Positions 28,236 through 37,689 of a stretch of DNA of 39,928 bases are shown piece after piece. The notes under the pieces were generated by a model. The model was not told the DNA's origin. It made no database searches and worked only from the letters and a program-made list of their open reading frames with translations. The position numbers were made by a program, and so were the translations under genes. Location: IMG/VR virus record IMGVR_UViG_2526164663_000052, one strand, 5' to 3'. Each line of letters begins with the position of its first letter. The first letter of the stretch is position 1. This DNA is from a virus (taxonomy: Duplodnaviria > Heunggongvirae > Uroviricota > Caudoviricetes).

Positions 28236-29343
28236 ACTGTATCTGGGCGGTGAGATTTTTTCCGGCTGGCTGACGGTGAGTGTTCGTCGCTCTCTTGAAC
28301 ATCTGGCGGGCTCCTTTGAACTGGGGGTAATGATGCCCGGTGTACGCCTTCCGTCATCCGTCCGTGCCGGTCAGTCTCTGGAATTGCGCATTGACGGTCA
28401 GCCTGTGATCACTGGCTGGCTGGATCAGGTCCGGCAGCGCATCAGCGCCACGCGTTTTCAGATCACGCTCAGCGGACGGGATAAAACCGGTGACCTGGTG
28501 GACTGTTCAGCCATTCATCCGGGCAGCCAGTGGAGGAACCGCACGCTGGAGCACATTGCTTCAGATTTGTGTGCTCCGTTCGGGGTCACGGTGCGCTGGC
28601 AGGTAAATGATGCAACGGCAGCCCGGCCCTTTTCCACCTTCACACTGGAAAACTCAGAAACCGTGGCAGATGCGCTGACAAGGGCCGCGAGACACAGAGG
28701 CGTCCTGGTAACCAGTAATGCCGCCGGTGAACTGGTTTTCACTCAGGCCGGCAGTCAGCGTGGCGACACGCTGACGCTGGGCGAAAATCTGCTGGATTTG
28801 GATCACAACGTGGATCACCGTCTGCGCTACAGTGAATACCGTGTACGGGGGCACGGGCGTGGTGGTGGTCATGCCGGGGATGCACTGACAGCCGGAACGC
28901 TGGCCGCACCCGTTGGTACGGTGACAGACAGTGCCATCCACCGTTACAGACCGAAAATTGTGCTGGCGGATCATGCTGTTGATGCAGACGGTGCACGCCA
29001 GAGGGCTGTCCGGGAAATGCGCCGGGCGGTTGCCCGCTCTGTGCGCCTGACAGCCACCGTGCGGCACTGGTTTAGGGAGAACGGCCAGTTGTGGGATATC
29101 AACCTGCTGACGGCTGTCACGGCTCCCCGCACCGGAGTGGAAGAGCGTGATCTTCTTGTCTGTCAGGTGGAGTTTTCGCTGGATGCAAATCACGGCGAAA
29201 CCACCCGTCTGATTCTGGCACCCCGTGACGGCTTTATTGTTCCGGCAGAGCCGGGAAACAGCGGAAGCGGAAATGCGGGTGACGTGGACGCCTTCGTGCG
29301 GGCACAGATGAAAAAACAGGGGATTAAATTCAATGATGAATGA
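28219..29343 (+). CDS. Baseplate hub protein, Mu P-like (gp44)
   Basis: 374 aa in conserved position. Confidence 0.75.
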   Translation: MSSRVELYLGGEIFSGWLTVSVRRSLEHLAGSFELGVMMPGVRLPSSVRAGQSLELRIDGQPVITGWLDQVRQRISATRFQITLSGRDKTGDLVDCSAIHPGSQWRNRTLEHIASDLCAPFGVTVRWQVNDATAARPFSTFTLENSETVADALTRAARHRGVLVTSNAAGELVFTQAGSQRGDTLTLGENLLDLDHNVDHRLRYSEYRVRGHGRGGGHAGDALTAGTLAAPVGTVTDSAIHRYRPKIVLADHAVDADGARQRAVREMRRAVARSVRLTATVRHWFRENGQLWDINLLTAVTAPRTGVEERDLLVCQVEFSLDANHGETTRLILAPRDGFIVPAEPGNSGSGNAGDVDAFVRAQMKKQGIKFNDE

Positions 29344-29947
29344 CGAAGTCATCAGCCGCCTTCTGGCCCCCGTAATGCGGGGTGTTCGTCTGCTGTTCGG
29401 GCGTGGTGTACTGACCGGCACAACGGACACGCTGAAAATCCAGAATGTGCAAATCACCGGTATGGATGGTGAAACCTTTGATGACGTTGAACGCCCCCAG
29501 CAGTACGGGCAAATCAGCGTCCCCCTGCCTGGTGCGGAAGTTTTTCTGGCCTGTGCTGGCGGACAACGGGATCAGGCCGTGGTGCTTGTGGTGGAAGACC
29601 GCCGCAGTCGCCCGACCGGACTTACCGCCGGAGATACCGGCGTGTATCACCATGAGGGGCACCGTATACGTCTGACAAAGAACGGCCGGATCATTGTGAC
29701 CTGTAAGACGCTGGAGATTTACGCCGATGAAGGTGTTCAGGTGGATACACCGGAGGCTCACTTTACCGGTAATGTCACAGTGGATAAGAACCTGCATGTC
29801 AAAGGCAATGTGTCCATTGACGGCACCGGAAGATCACAGGGGACGTTCACGATGTCCGAAGCGGTTATTGCCGGGATCACCTATTCAGGTCATGTGCATC
29901 ACGATAACGGTGAAGGCAGCAAAACGGGAGGACCAGAGAATGGCTGA
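29333..29947 (+). CDS. Baseplate spike / puncturing protein (Mu gp45-like)
   Basis: 204 aa; position after the P-like gene. Confidence 0.65.
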   Translation: MMNDEVISRLLAPVMRGVRLLFGRGVLTGTTDTLKIQNVQITGMDGETFDDVERPQQYGQISVPLPGAEVFLACAGGQRDQAVVLVVEDRRSRPTGLTAGDTGVYHHEGHRIRLTKNGRIIVTCKTLEIYADEGVQVDTPEAHFTGNVTVDKNLHVKGNVSIDGTGRSQGTFTMSEAVIAGITYSGHVHHDNGEGSKTGGPENG

Positions 29948-30377
29948 TATTGCTGTCGTCTGGGATCAGGGTTGCGGTTCCCTGCAACTGAACGGCGCAG
30001 ATCTTCTGACGGATAACAGCCTGCTGACTGCGGTCATTATTTCACTGTTTACGGACAGGCGGGCGCTGGATTCCGATGAAATCCCTGACGGCACCCGTGA
30101 CCGTCGGGGATGGTGGGGAGACAGTTTCCGGGAGCGCCCCGTTGGCTCCCGTCTCTGGCTGTTAAGCCGTGAAAAGACGCTGTCCTCCGTGGTCAGCCGT
30201 GCACAGGCCTATGCTGATGAAGCGCTGGCGTGGCTGCATAAAAGCGGTGCTGCCACATCCGTGGTATGTCATGCCATGCGTGTGGGGCATGCTCGCCTTT
30301 CGCTTTCCGTGAAAATCACCCTGCCGGACGGAAGCAGACATCCGATGATTTTTTATGCTGATATGAAGGGGGAATGA
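29940..30377 (+). CDS. Baseplate protein, Mu gp46-like
   Basis: Start taken at internal ATG 29940 (MADIAVVWDQGCG...), giving ~145 aa; the track ORF begins earlier inside the upstream gene. Confidence 0.65.
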   Translation: MADIAVVWDQGCGSLQLNGADLLTDNSLLTAVIISLFTDRRALDSDEIPDGTRDRRGWWGDSFRERPVGSRLWLLSREKTLSSVVSRAQAYADEALAWLHKSGAATSVVCHAMRVGHARLSLSVKITLPDGSRHPMIFYADMKGE

Positions 30378-31459
30378 TGCCTTATCAGCCCTTACCACTG
30401 GCGCAACTGATCACACAGACACAACAGGATATCAGCCAGCGCCTGCCCGGTTCGCAGCCGGGCGTGAATGAAACCACCCTGAATGCCATTGCGTATGCAC
30501 TGGCGGGTCTGTCAGCACAGGAGCATGAACATCTGGCCTGGATCTCCCGGCAGATAATTCCGACAGAAGCTGATGAAGCCGAACTCCTGAAACACTGCGC
30601 ATTCTGGGGTGTCATCCGTAAACCGGCTTCCCGCGCTGACGGACCGGTACAACTGATGCTGACCACGGATGCAGGGATCACGGAAGGCGTACTCCTTCAG
30701 CGAAGCGATGGTGTTGTGTACCGCATCACCGGCTCTGCGACCGGAAAAGCCGGAACACTGAATGTTAATGTGGAGGCGGAAAGTGCGGGGCGCGCTGGAA
30801 ATACCCCGACCGGAACCCGCCTGTCCTTTATCACGCCACAGGCGGGCATCAACCAGACAGCCACGGTCACCGGCACGGGACTCACCGGTGGTGCGGATGT
30901 GGAAACGGTGCCGGAGTTGCTGTCCAGGCTGGTATTCCGGGTACAGAACCCGCCATCAGGGGGAACACAGTATGATTTTGAACGCTGGGCACGGGAAGTA
31001 CCGGGCGTGACGCGGGCATGGTGTAAGCCTGAATGGCCTGAGGCGGGTAGTGTTGGTGTGACTTTTGTTCAGGATAATAACCCTGACATTTTCCCCGGAG
31101 AAGGTGATGTGAAGCGGGTGGCGGATTATATCCGCAGTCATGATGATCCGGCGACGGGCCAGCCCGTTGGTCAGCCACTTGGGCCGACAATCAGCGTGTT
31201 TAAGCTGACCAATAAGCCGGTGGCGTTTGAGATCAGGATTGTACCCAAAACGCCGGAAAATCAGGCTGCCGTAAAACAGGCATTAACGGACCTGCTTTAT
31301 AACGAATCGCGGCCGGGTGGACTTGTATTGCCTTCATCATTCTGGCGGGCTGTTGCAGGGGTGAAAGGACTGGAGGATTTTGAAGTTCGCAGCCCGCTGA
31401 AGTCCGTGATGGCCGGAGATACAGAGTTGCTGACCGTGGGGGAAATCACATGGCTGTAA
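30374..31459 (+). CDS. Baseplate J-like protein (Mu gp47-like)
   Basis: 361 aa in conserved position. Confidence 0.75.
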   Translation: MMPYQPLPLAQLITQTQQDISQRLPGSQPGVNETTLNAIAYALAGLSAQEHEHLAWISRQIIPTEADEAELLKHCAFWGVIRKPASRADGPVQLMLTTDAGITEGVLLQRSDGVVYRITGSATGKAGTLNVNVEAESAGRAGNTPTGTRLSFITPQAGINQTATVTGTGLTGGADVETVPELLSRLVFRVQNPPSGGTQYDFERWAREVPGVTRAWCKPEWPEAGSVGVTFVQDNNPDIFPGEGDVKRVADYIRSHDDPATGQPVGQPLGPTISVFKLTNKPVAFEIRIVPKTPENQAAVKQALTDLLYNESRPGGLVLPSSFWRAVAGVKGLEDFEVRSPLKSVMAGDTELLTVGEITWL

Positions 31460-32010
31460 CCCTGACCCCGCATCAGCGTGCCCTGTTGCAGTTGCTGCCT
31501 GACGGGCTGGCATGGGATAAGCGGCCGTCATCCGTTCTTGCGGCTTTGTGCCTGGGCCTCAGTCATTCCACGGAGCGTGTTTCCTGGACCGGTAACCAGA
31601 TGCTGGCAGAACGTTTTCCTGATTCATCCCGTCTGCTGCTGGAAGACTGGGAGCGTTATCTGGGGTTACCGGAATGTGATATGACCGGCGCAACCATTCA
31701 GGAGCGTCAGCGTTATGCCGGGAATAAATACCGGATGAAACCCTCTCTTAACCGTGAATTTTATATCCGGTTTGCGGCAGAGTTTGGTTATGAAATAGAT
31801 ATTCAGCCATCACCGGATTCACAGTGGGTCAGTATTGTCACGATTAACAGTGAAACCGGCTACCGGAATATGAATGTGCTGGATGATATTCTCACCCCGC
31901 TGCGTATTTATGAGGGTGGTGCGCTGGAATGTATTCTGAACCGTTATAAGCCTGCATGGCAGACGTTTATTTACGTGTATGCAAACAGCCATGAAGAGGA
32001 GACTATTTAA
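31450..32010 (+). CDS. Tail protein, Mu gp48-like
   Basis: 186 aa immediately upstream of the tail fibre gene. Confidence 0.65.
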   Translation: MAVTLTPHQRALLQLLPDGLAWDKRPSSVLAALCLGLSHSTERVSWTGNQMLAERFPDSSRLLLEDWERYLGLPECDMTGATIQERQRYAGNKYRMKPSLNREFYIRFAAEFGYEIDIQPSPDSQWVSIVTINSETGYRNMNVLDDILTPLRIYEGGALECILNRYKPAWQTFIYVYANSHEEETI

Positions 32011-32921
32011 TGTTTCATGTTGATAATAATTCCGGCGTGGCGAATATGCCTGCGCTGGCACCGGCGCAGAGTAATACCACCACCTGGTTTACCGAAGGTG
32101 ACGGACAAAAAGGTATCAGCTGGATTGGTCAGGACTGGCTGAATATTCTCCAGGCCGAACTGCTGAATATTCTGGCTGAAGCCAGTATTCAGCCGGATAA
32201 GGCGCAGTTAAACCAGCTTACGCTGTCCATTAAAGCCATTATCGCTGCGAATGCCTTTTCCCGGAAAAACAACCTGAAAGAAATTGCTGATGCCGGTGCG
32301 GAAGCCCAGCGTCTTGCCCGTGGTTATCTTGGTCTTGGGGCGCTTGCCACAAAAAACAGTCTTGGTCCCGGTGACGTTAATGCTCTGGCGAAGGATCAGA
32401 ACCTTGCCGACCTGGAGAATGCGGGAACCGCCCGTAATAATCTGGATGTTTACAGCAAAAGCGAAGGTGATAACCGTTACCTGCGCAGGGAGCAGAACGG
32501 CGCAGACATTCCGGATAAAGGCGCTTTTATCGATAACGTCGGTTTACGGGAAACGGTAAATAAGGCTGCTGATGCCCTGCCATCGGGTGGAACCGCCGTG
32601 GCAGCAAACAGACTCGCCACCCCAAGAAATATTAATGGCGTTCCTTTTGACGGAACGCAGGATATCAACATCACGTCAGGAATGACGCAGTCAACCGCAG
32701 ATGGCCGGTATGTACAGAATGTTCAGCTTGGAGCACAGAGCTATCATTCACCCGGAGGCAATGAAATATCATGGAATTACAGCGCACCTTCCGGTTGTAT
32801 GCTTTCCGGTATTAACGTGCAGGAAACCGGCTCCCGGTCTGCGGACAATATCGGTGGGGTCTATTATCGCCCGGTTCAGATTTATATTAATAATGCCTGG
32901 AGAACGGTAAGTTCAGTGTAA
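32010..32921 (+). CDS. Tail fibre protein (constant N-terminal part plus current variable C-terminal cassette)
   Basis: 303 aa. The C-terminal ~125 aa is homologous to a second cassette encoded on the opposite strand at 33599..33970. Confidence 0.8.
   Translation: MFHVDNNSGVANMPALAPAQSNTTTWFTEGDGQKGISWIGQDWLNILQAELLNILAEASIQPDKAQLNQLTLSIKAIIAANAFSRKNNLKEIADAGAEAQRLARGYLGLGALATKNSLGPGDVNALAKDQNLADLENAGTARNNLDVYSKSEGDNRYLRREQNGADIPDKGAFIDNVGLRETVNKAADALPSGGTAVAANRLATPRNINGVPFDGTQDINITSGMTQSTADGRYVQNVQLGAQSYHSPGGNEISWNYSAPSGCMLSGINVQETGSRSADNIGGVYYRPVQIYINNAWRTVSSV
32527..32552 (+). other. Left recombination site (gix-like) of the invertible segment, inside the tail fibre gene
   Basis: TTATCGATAACGTCGGTTTACGGGAA resembles the Mu gix site as I recall it, and recurs as an inverted copy at 33947..33976. 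Confidence 0.6.
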
Positions 32922-32931
32922 ACCACAGAAA

Positions 32932-32950
32932 AGGGTGCTGAATGCACCCT
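32932..32950. terminator. Hairpin between convergent tail fibre and tail fibre assembly genes
   Basis: AGGGTGC / TGAAT / GCACCCT stem-loop with a T-rich tract on the minus-strand side. Confidence 0.45.
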
Positions 32951-32955
32951 CTGAA

Positions 32956-33477
32956 TTATTCCGGTTTTTCCGGCCAGGGAATCGCCTGGTAATGCCCCTC
33001 ACTGGCAATATCATTAAAGTGCATTTCTTTAAGCTGTCGGATATACGCCATCCAGCGCGTCAGCTGTAATTTATTTTCATCGCTAATCATGTCCAGTTTT
33101 AATTCTGTTTTCCAGTCATCCACGGTTTCGTTGGCTTCCTGGAGCAGCGATGAGCGACGCTTTTCAGCAACCGTCTTCCAGTTTACCGGCACCTTTGATA
33201 TCAGGCCATCAGAAAACTGCCAGTTACCGTCAATATTCACACCTTCCGGCAGTTCGTCCACTTCAACAACAGTAAAACCTGCCGGATATAAAGCAGAGAC
33301 ATCTTCAGCAACAGAGCAGATAATACCCGTTACAGGCGAAATACAGAGTTTGTATTTCTTTGTGAAAAGCGGGATAGATTCATAAAAATCCCTTCCGTCC
33401 TCACTCTGGAAATACTGAACATCCTCACCATAGGGTTTGTCTTTCGGGTAATATCGTTTGACATTAATCAGTTGCAT
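32956..33477 (-). CDS. Tail fibre assembly chaperone (Tfa, Mu U / P2 G-like)
   Basis: Start taken at the internal ATG (MQLINVKRYYPKDKP...). The C-terminus (...HYQAIPWPEKPE) resembles phage tail-fibre assembly proteins. The track ORF has an AT-rich, implausible N-terminal extension. Confidence 0.75.
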   Translation of the reverse strand: MQLINVKRYYPKDKPYGEDVQYFQSEDGRDFYESIPLFTKKYKLCISPVTGIICSVAEDVSALYPAGFTVVEVDELPEGVNIDGNWQFSDGLISKVPVNWKTVAEKRRSSLLQEANETVDDWKTELKLDMISDENKLQLTRWMAYIRQLKEMHFNDIASEGHYQAIPWPEKPE

Positions 33478-33598
33478 AAACATCACCATGTAAATCAATG
33501 ATAAAAACAGGAATAATACTATCGCCATATACAGGCAATGCTTGTCTGAAATAACGCATATTTCAGATGCTGGCTGCTGTGTGCTATGCCCCCGTTAA

Positions 33599-33970
33599 TT
33601 AAATACTTGCAGCGGATACCCAATGCCCATTAATACAATATTGTATCTGTCTGTAATAAACACGGTCATCACCACCACGCATTTCCCAGTCTCCGTCAGT
33701 CTTAAAACCGGTAATCACATTTCCTGATGACAGGGAGTAATTATATTCCAGTCCGCCGCTTAATGCCTGCGCTCCCAGTCTTACCCCTGTAACATAACGC
33801 TGATTGGCCGTTGATTCCGGCATTCCTGACGTAATGTTTATATCCTGCGTGCCGTCAAAGGCGACACCATTGATTCTGCGGGCATTTGCCAGCCTGCTTG
33901 CTGCAACAGCCGTACCGTTTGATGGCAGGGCATTCGCGGCCCTGTTTACCGTATCCCGTAAACCGAGGTT
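33599..33970 (-). other. Alternative tail fibre C-terminal cassette, with no start codon of its own (expressed only after inversion)
   Basis: The minus-strand frame is open from 33970 to the stop at 33599. It translates to GLRDTVNRAANALPSNGTAVAASRLA...NGVAFDGTQDINITSGM..., parallel to GLRETVNKAADALPSGGTAVAANRLA...NGVPFDGTQDINITSGM... in the + strand fibre. Confidence 0.65.
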
Positions 33971-33976
33971 TCAGGG
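33947..33976 (-). other. Right recombination site (gix-like) of the invertible segment
   Basis: Inverted copy of the TCGGTTTACGGGA-ACGG core (one mismatch), followed by a further ~30 bp of imperfect inverted homology. Confidence 0.6.
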
Positions 33977-34032
33977 ATGCCGTATATCTGCTTTAAAAGG
34001 CTTTTCCACCTCTTTTTAAGGAAGGTAAATAC

Positions 34033-34593
34033 ATGCTGATTGGCTATATACGCGTATCAACAAATGACCAGAACACCGGTTTACAAAGAAATGCGCTGGA
34101 ATGTGCAGGATGTGAGCAGATTTTTGAAGACAAAATGAGTGGTAAAACGACACAGCGGCCGGGACTGAAGCGGGCACTGAAGAAACTAAAACCCGGTGAC
34201 ACGCTGATGGTCTGGAAACTGGACAGGCTGGGGCGCAGTATGCGCCACCTTGTTGCGCTGACAGATGAATTACAGCAACAGGGGATAAATTTTCGTAGTC
34301 TTACTGACAACATTGATACGTCAACCCCCATGGGGCGCTTCTTTTTTCACATAATGGGTGCGCTGGCAGAAATGGAGCGTGAATTAATTGTCGAACGGAC
34401 ACGGGCTGGTCTTGCAGCAGCCCGTGAAAGGGGACGAACCGGCGGCAGACCCCGCCGTCTCACGCAGGAACAATACGAGCAGGTCGGGCGTTTACTGGCC
34501 GGGGGTGTCAGTCGAAGACAGGTGGCACTTATTTTTGATATCGGTCTTTCAACCCTTTATCGTTATTATCCTGCGAGCGTTTCGGAAAAATAA
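34033..34593 (+). CDS. gin: Serine DNA invertase (Gin/Hin/Cin family)
   Basis: 186 aa; N-terminus MLIGYIRVSTNDQNTGLQ with catalytic-serine context, C-terminal HTH; lies next to the invertible segment. Confidence 0.9.
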   Translation: MLIGYIRVSTNDQNTGLQRNALECAGCEQIFEDKMSGKTTQRPGLKRALKKLKPGDTLMVWKLDRLGRSMRHLVALTDELQQQGINFRSLTDNIDTSTPMGRFFFHIMGALAEMERELIVERTRAGLAAARERGRTGGRPRRLTQEQYEQVGRLLAGGVSRRQVALIFDIGLSTLYRYYPASVSEK

Positions 34594-34692
34594 GACGCTC
34601 CCTTTGTTGGGCCTTTACTGAATTAACGCAAAATGGCGTTTATCGGTCTGTGGATATGATAATTCAGTTTATTCAGGAACAGGCTGATTATT

Positions 34693-36741
34693 ATGACGTC
34701 CAAATGGGTTCAACTATCATCAATGCCCGGAAACTTTACTGTTAAAGTTTCCGGTGGTACAGCGGCATTTCTTGAGGCTCCCTTTCCTCCGGCCGAAACA
34801 AAAGGAGGAATGACATTTGCTGACTGTCTCATCAGTTTTAATACACAGGATTGCCTGTGGGTAAGGCCAGTATCCGGTGATCCGAACGTGGAAATTACCG
34901 GAGCGGGTATTGGTGCTGTCATTCCGTTAAGTGCTGATGTTGCCGGTACTACTGAACCGTCAGACTGGGATAATGCAGAAACACATACCCGTCCGGCAGG
35001 AAATGAAACGGCTTCCAGCTCCCCTTCCTGGTATTACGTGATTGTTATAGCCGGCCAGTCCAATGCTTCATCTTATGGTGAAGGGTTGCCCCTTCCGGAT
35101 TCTTATGATCGTCCTGATCCACGTATTATGCAGCTGGCACGCAGGAATACACAAACCCCCGGAGGTATTCCCTGCAAATACAATGAAATCATTCCAGCAG
35201 ATCACTGCCTTCATGATGTTCAGAATATGAGTCTGCTGAACCATCCAAAAGCAGACCTGAAAAAAGGGCAGTATGGTTGTGTGGGGCAGGGACTTCATAT
35301 TGCGAAAAAAGTATTACCGGTGATTCCTGCTGATGCCGGGATTTTACTGGTTCCCTGTGCCCGTGGCGGCTCTGCTTTTACAACCGGCGCAGTTGGCTCA
35401 TTCGATCCGGCAAGTGGTGCAGCCGAGGCGTCACTACGCTGGGGAGTGGATACCCCACTGTATCAGGATCTTGTCAGTCGAACTAAAGCGGCACTTGAGG
35501 CGAATCCAAAGAATGTGCTGTTATCTGTCGTATGGATTCAGGGGGAAGGAGACCTTAAAGCGACCCCGGCCCAGCATGGTGCCCAGTTTACTGCGATGGT
35601 GAAAAAATTCCGTGCGGATCTTGGTGCTTTCTCCGGTCAGTGTATTGGTGGTTCATCAGACAGTGTGCCGTGGTTATGTGGTGACACAACCTATGACTGG
35701 AAAGAGAAGAACCCGGCGGCATATGAAACCATTTATAGCGGATATAAAAACCGGGCTTCCGAGAACATTCACTTTGTTCCACTGATGCACGATGAGTTCG
35801 GTAATAAAACCGCGACCAACCTGCCGGAGCACGACCCGGATATCGCTTCTGCCGGGTATTATGGTGCGGAATCACGGGGAGATGGCAACTGGACAACAGC
35901 ATCCAGGGCAACCCATTTTAGCTCCTGGGCGCGCCGTTTTCTGGTCTCAGATCGTTTTGCATCAGCAATTCTTAAATATGCAGGTCTGACCTCTGCATTT
36001 ATTGCCGGTGTGGCCCCTGATGGTGAAGCCCTGCCTCAGCCCGCGCCGGGTGGGAAACCGGAAGCGCCGACAGGTAGTCAGCCAGGAGGCAGTGAGTCCC
36101 CCCATCCGACATCCCCGTCACTCCGTACGCTGCTTTCACTTAAAGCATCAGCAGGAGAAGCCCCGGCTCAGGGCTGGAAAATTACAGATGGTACAATCCA
36201 GCTGACGGACGAAGGTAAAGCGTTGACCGTATCCAAACAAAGCGGAAAAACCTGGACGCTTACCCATGGAACTGATGCAGCCGGTGAACTTCTGAAGCAT
36301 GGTGGTCAGTTGACCTGTAAATTCCGTCTGTCAGGTGAAGTAAAAGAAGGCCAGTTTGCTCTGGGTATTTACCTCCACACCGATACGGTCCCGGAAGGTG
36401 TAACCATGAGTGGTACAGGCACACCGTTCCTGATGGCGTATTATCTCCAGACAACAGGCGGCCAGTTAAATCTGATGCACCATAAAACAGGGGGGAATAC
36501 GAAACTGGGATCATTTGGAGCCTACAATAACCAGTGGCATACACTTGTCCTGAAGTTTACGGCGGGAAGTGCCCAGGTAACGCCTGTGCTGGATGGCACT
36601 CCGGGCCAGGCATTCCAGATGGTGAAAGATGCACTTTCCCCTGCCAAAGATACGCTGACACTGACAGATGTCACCAAAGGGGCAACTTATGGCGTGTCTT
36701 TTGAGAGCGTTGTCCTTGAGGTTAATACCCCTGCGGCATAA
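34693..36741 (+). CDS. Cargo gene: putative SGNH/SASA-family carbohydrate O-acetylesterase with a C-terminal beta-rich domain
   Basis: 682 aa. VIVIAGQSNASSYGEG (GQSN block), CARGGS and VWIQGEGD motifs resemble the sialate O-acetylesterase (SASA, NanS-type) family. Mu has no gene of this kind between gin and com. Confidence 0.5.
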   Translation: MTSKWVQLSSMPGNFTVKVSGGTAAFLEAPFPPAETKGGMTFADCLISFNTQDCLWVRPVSGDPNVEITGAGIGAVIPLSADVAGTTEPSDWDNAETHTRPAGNETASSSPSWYYVIVIAGQSNASSYGEGLPLPDSYDRPDPRIMQLARRNTQTPGGIPCKYNEIIPADHCLHDVQNMSLLNHPKADLKKGQYGCVGQGLHIAKKVLPVIPADAGILLVPCARGGSAFTTGAVGSFDPASGAAEASLRWGVDTPLYQDLVSRTKAALEANPKNVLLSVVWIQGEGDLKATPAQHGAQFTAMVKKFRADLGAFSGQCIGGSSDSVPWLCGDTTYDWKEKNPAAYETIYSGYKNRASENIHFVPLMHDEFGNKTATNLPEHDPDIASAGYYGAESRGDGNWTTASRATHFSSWARRFLVSDRFASAILKYAGLTSAFIAGVAPDGEALPQPAPGGKPEAPTGSQPGGSESPHPTSPSLRTLLSLKASAGEAPAQGWKITDGTIQLTDEGKALTVSKQSGKTWTLTHGTDAAGELLKHGGQLTCKFRLSGEVKEGQFALGIYLHTDTVPEGVTMSGTGTPFLMAYYLQTTGGQLNLMHHKTGGNTKLGSFGAYNNQWHTLVLKFTAGSAQVTPVLDGTPGQAFQMVKDALSPAKDTLTLTDVTKGATYGVSFESVVLEVNTPAA

Positions 36742-36798
36742 TCGTGACGGCCGGGAATTTATCCGGCTGTAACATCAGTTAATAAGAGTGAGGCTTAT

Positions 36799-36978
36799 AT
36801 GACATATATAAACGTCTGCCTGCTGTATTTCTGCACGGTGGTTTGTTGTCTGTTGCTTGTCAGCGGTGGTTATAAAATTATTCGCAATTATTTTCGAAAT
36901 AAAATTGATGCAGCTGCCGAGGAAAAGATAAAAAGCGGTGCTGTAATGCCGCAGCCGAAAGACTCCGGTCAGATTTAA
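36799..36978 (+). CDS. Small hydrophobic protein (59 aa, below the ORF-track cutoff)
   Basis: ATG 36799 preceded by GAGG; translates to MTYINVCLLYFCTVVCCLLLVSGGYKIIRNYF... (one TM plus a charged tail). Confidence 0.4.
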   Translation: MTYINVCLLYFCTVVCCLLLVSGGYKIIRNYFRNKIDAAAEEKIKSGAVMPQPKDSGQI

Positions 36979-37013
36979 TTTTTTGTGAACCAGAAAAGGA
37001 AAGGAGAATATTC

Positions 37014-37259
37014 ATGCCAGAGATTAAAGGCACGGTTACTGAAGAGCTTGTCAAACAGGCACTTTATTCTGAAGAAGTGAACCGCGTGCTGAAGGCGCAG
37101 GTTCGCAAGGATTTTGAGGCACAAATCGACGCATATGTTGATGAAGTGCTGGCCCGAATGGTTGGTCGTTCTCCGGCTGAAAACAGCACGGAAAATGAGC
37201 CTCAACCCGTAGAGCAACCAGAGCCGGTTCAACCCGGAACTGACGGTACTATGATGTAA
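37014..37259 (+). CDS. Hypothetical acidic protein
   Basis: 81 aa; strong SD AAGGAAAGGAGA upstream; followed by a hairpin. Confidence 0.5.
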   Translation: MPEIKGTVTEELVKQALYSEEVNRVLKAQVRKDFEAQIDAYVDEVLARMVGRSPAENSTENEPQPVEQPEPVQPGTDGTMM

Positions 37260-37268
37260 CAATACCGA

Positions 37269-37288
37269 CCGGCAGGTTTCCCTGCCGG
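37269..37288. terminator. Hairpin between convergent small genes
   Basis: CCGGCAGG / TTTC / CCTGCCGG perfect stem-loop, between the + strand stop (37259) and the - strand stop (37298). Confidence 0.5.
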
Positions 37289-37297
37289 GTGAATTTG

Positions 37298-37468
37298 TTA
37301 ATGCACGTTTTGTGTATTTTCCCTCCGGGGAGAACAGGCCGGACATATCAGCATCCTGAAACAGGAAGCATTTTTTGGTTTGTATGTCTTGCCATTTTGA
37401 GATCGAGAACGGCGATAGATGAGCTGTAAGGGAGTCTTACAGGCAGGGCAAACAGGCTCTTTATCCAT
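37298..37468 (-). CDS. Small zinc-ribbon protein (CPAC...CPAC), 56 aa
   Basis: ATG at 37468 preceded by AAGGAG; translates to MDKEPVCPACKTPLQLIYRRSRSQNGKTYKPKNASCFRMLICPACSPRRENTQNVH. Convergent with the 37014..37259 gene. Confidence 0.45.
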   Translation of the reverse strand: MDKEPVCPACKTPLQLIYRRSRSQNGKTYKPKNASCFRMLICPACSPRRENTQNVH

Positions 37469-37689
37469 GATAAAGATCTCCTTTTTATGCATCTCTGCTT
37501 TACAGGAGACCGGGGAATATCATAGGATACGCCACGAGCTCGAAGTAAAGCATTGATGCAAGTTTTTACAGATTGACCCAGCATAGTTCCAGCTATGCTG
37601 GGTTTCCCTTTTATGTAGTATCCTGTTGATTTGAAACATACTACATATACGCGCGATCCTACCTTCACTGTATAAAAAGTCAATAAAAT

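Larger units (their letters stand above)
32540..33965. other. Invertible G-like segment (~1.4 kb): variable fibre cassette (+), tail fibre assembly gene (-), alternative fibre cassette (-)
   Basis: Bounded by inverted gix-like sites, adjacent to gin, and carrying two homologous C-terminal fibre cassettes in opposite orientation. Confidence 0.7.

Noticed and set aside
33089-33385. 98-aa + strand ORF inside the invertible segment, which could have been a second tail fibre chaperone
   Set aside because: It is antisense to the well-supported minus-strand tfa gene, is Ser/Thr-rich, and has no tfa-like C-terminal motif.
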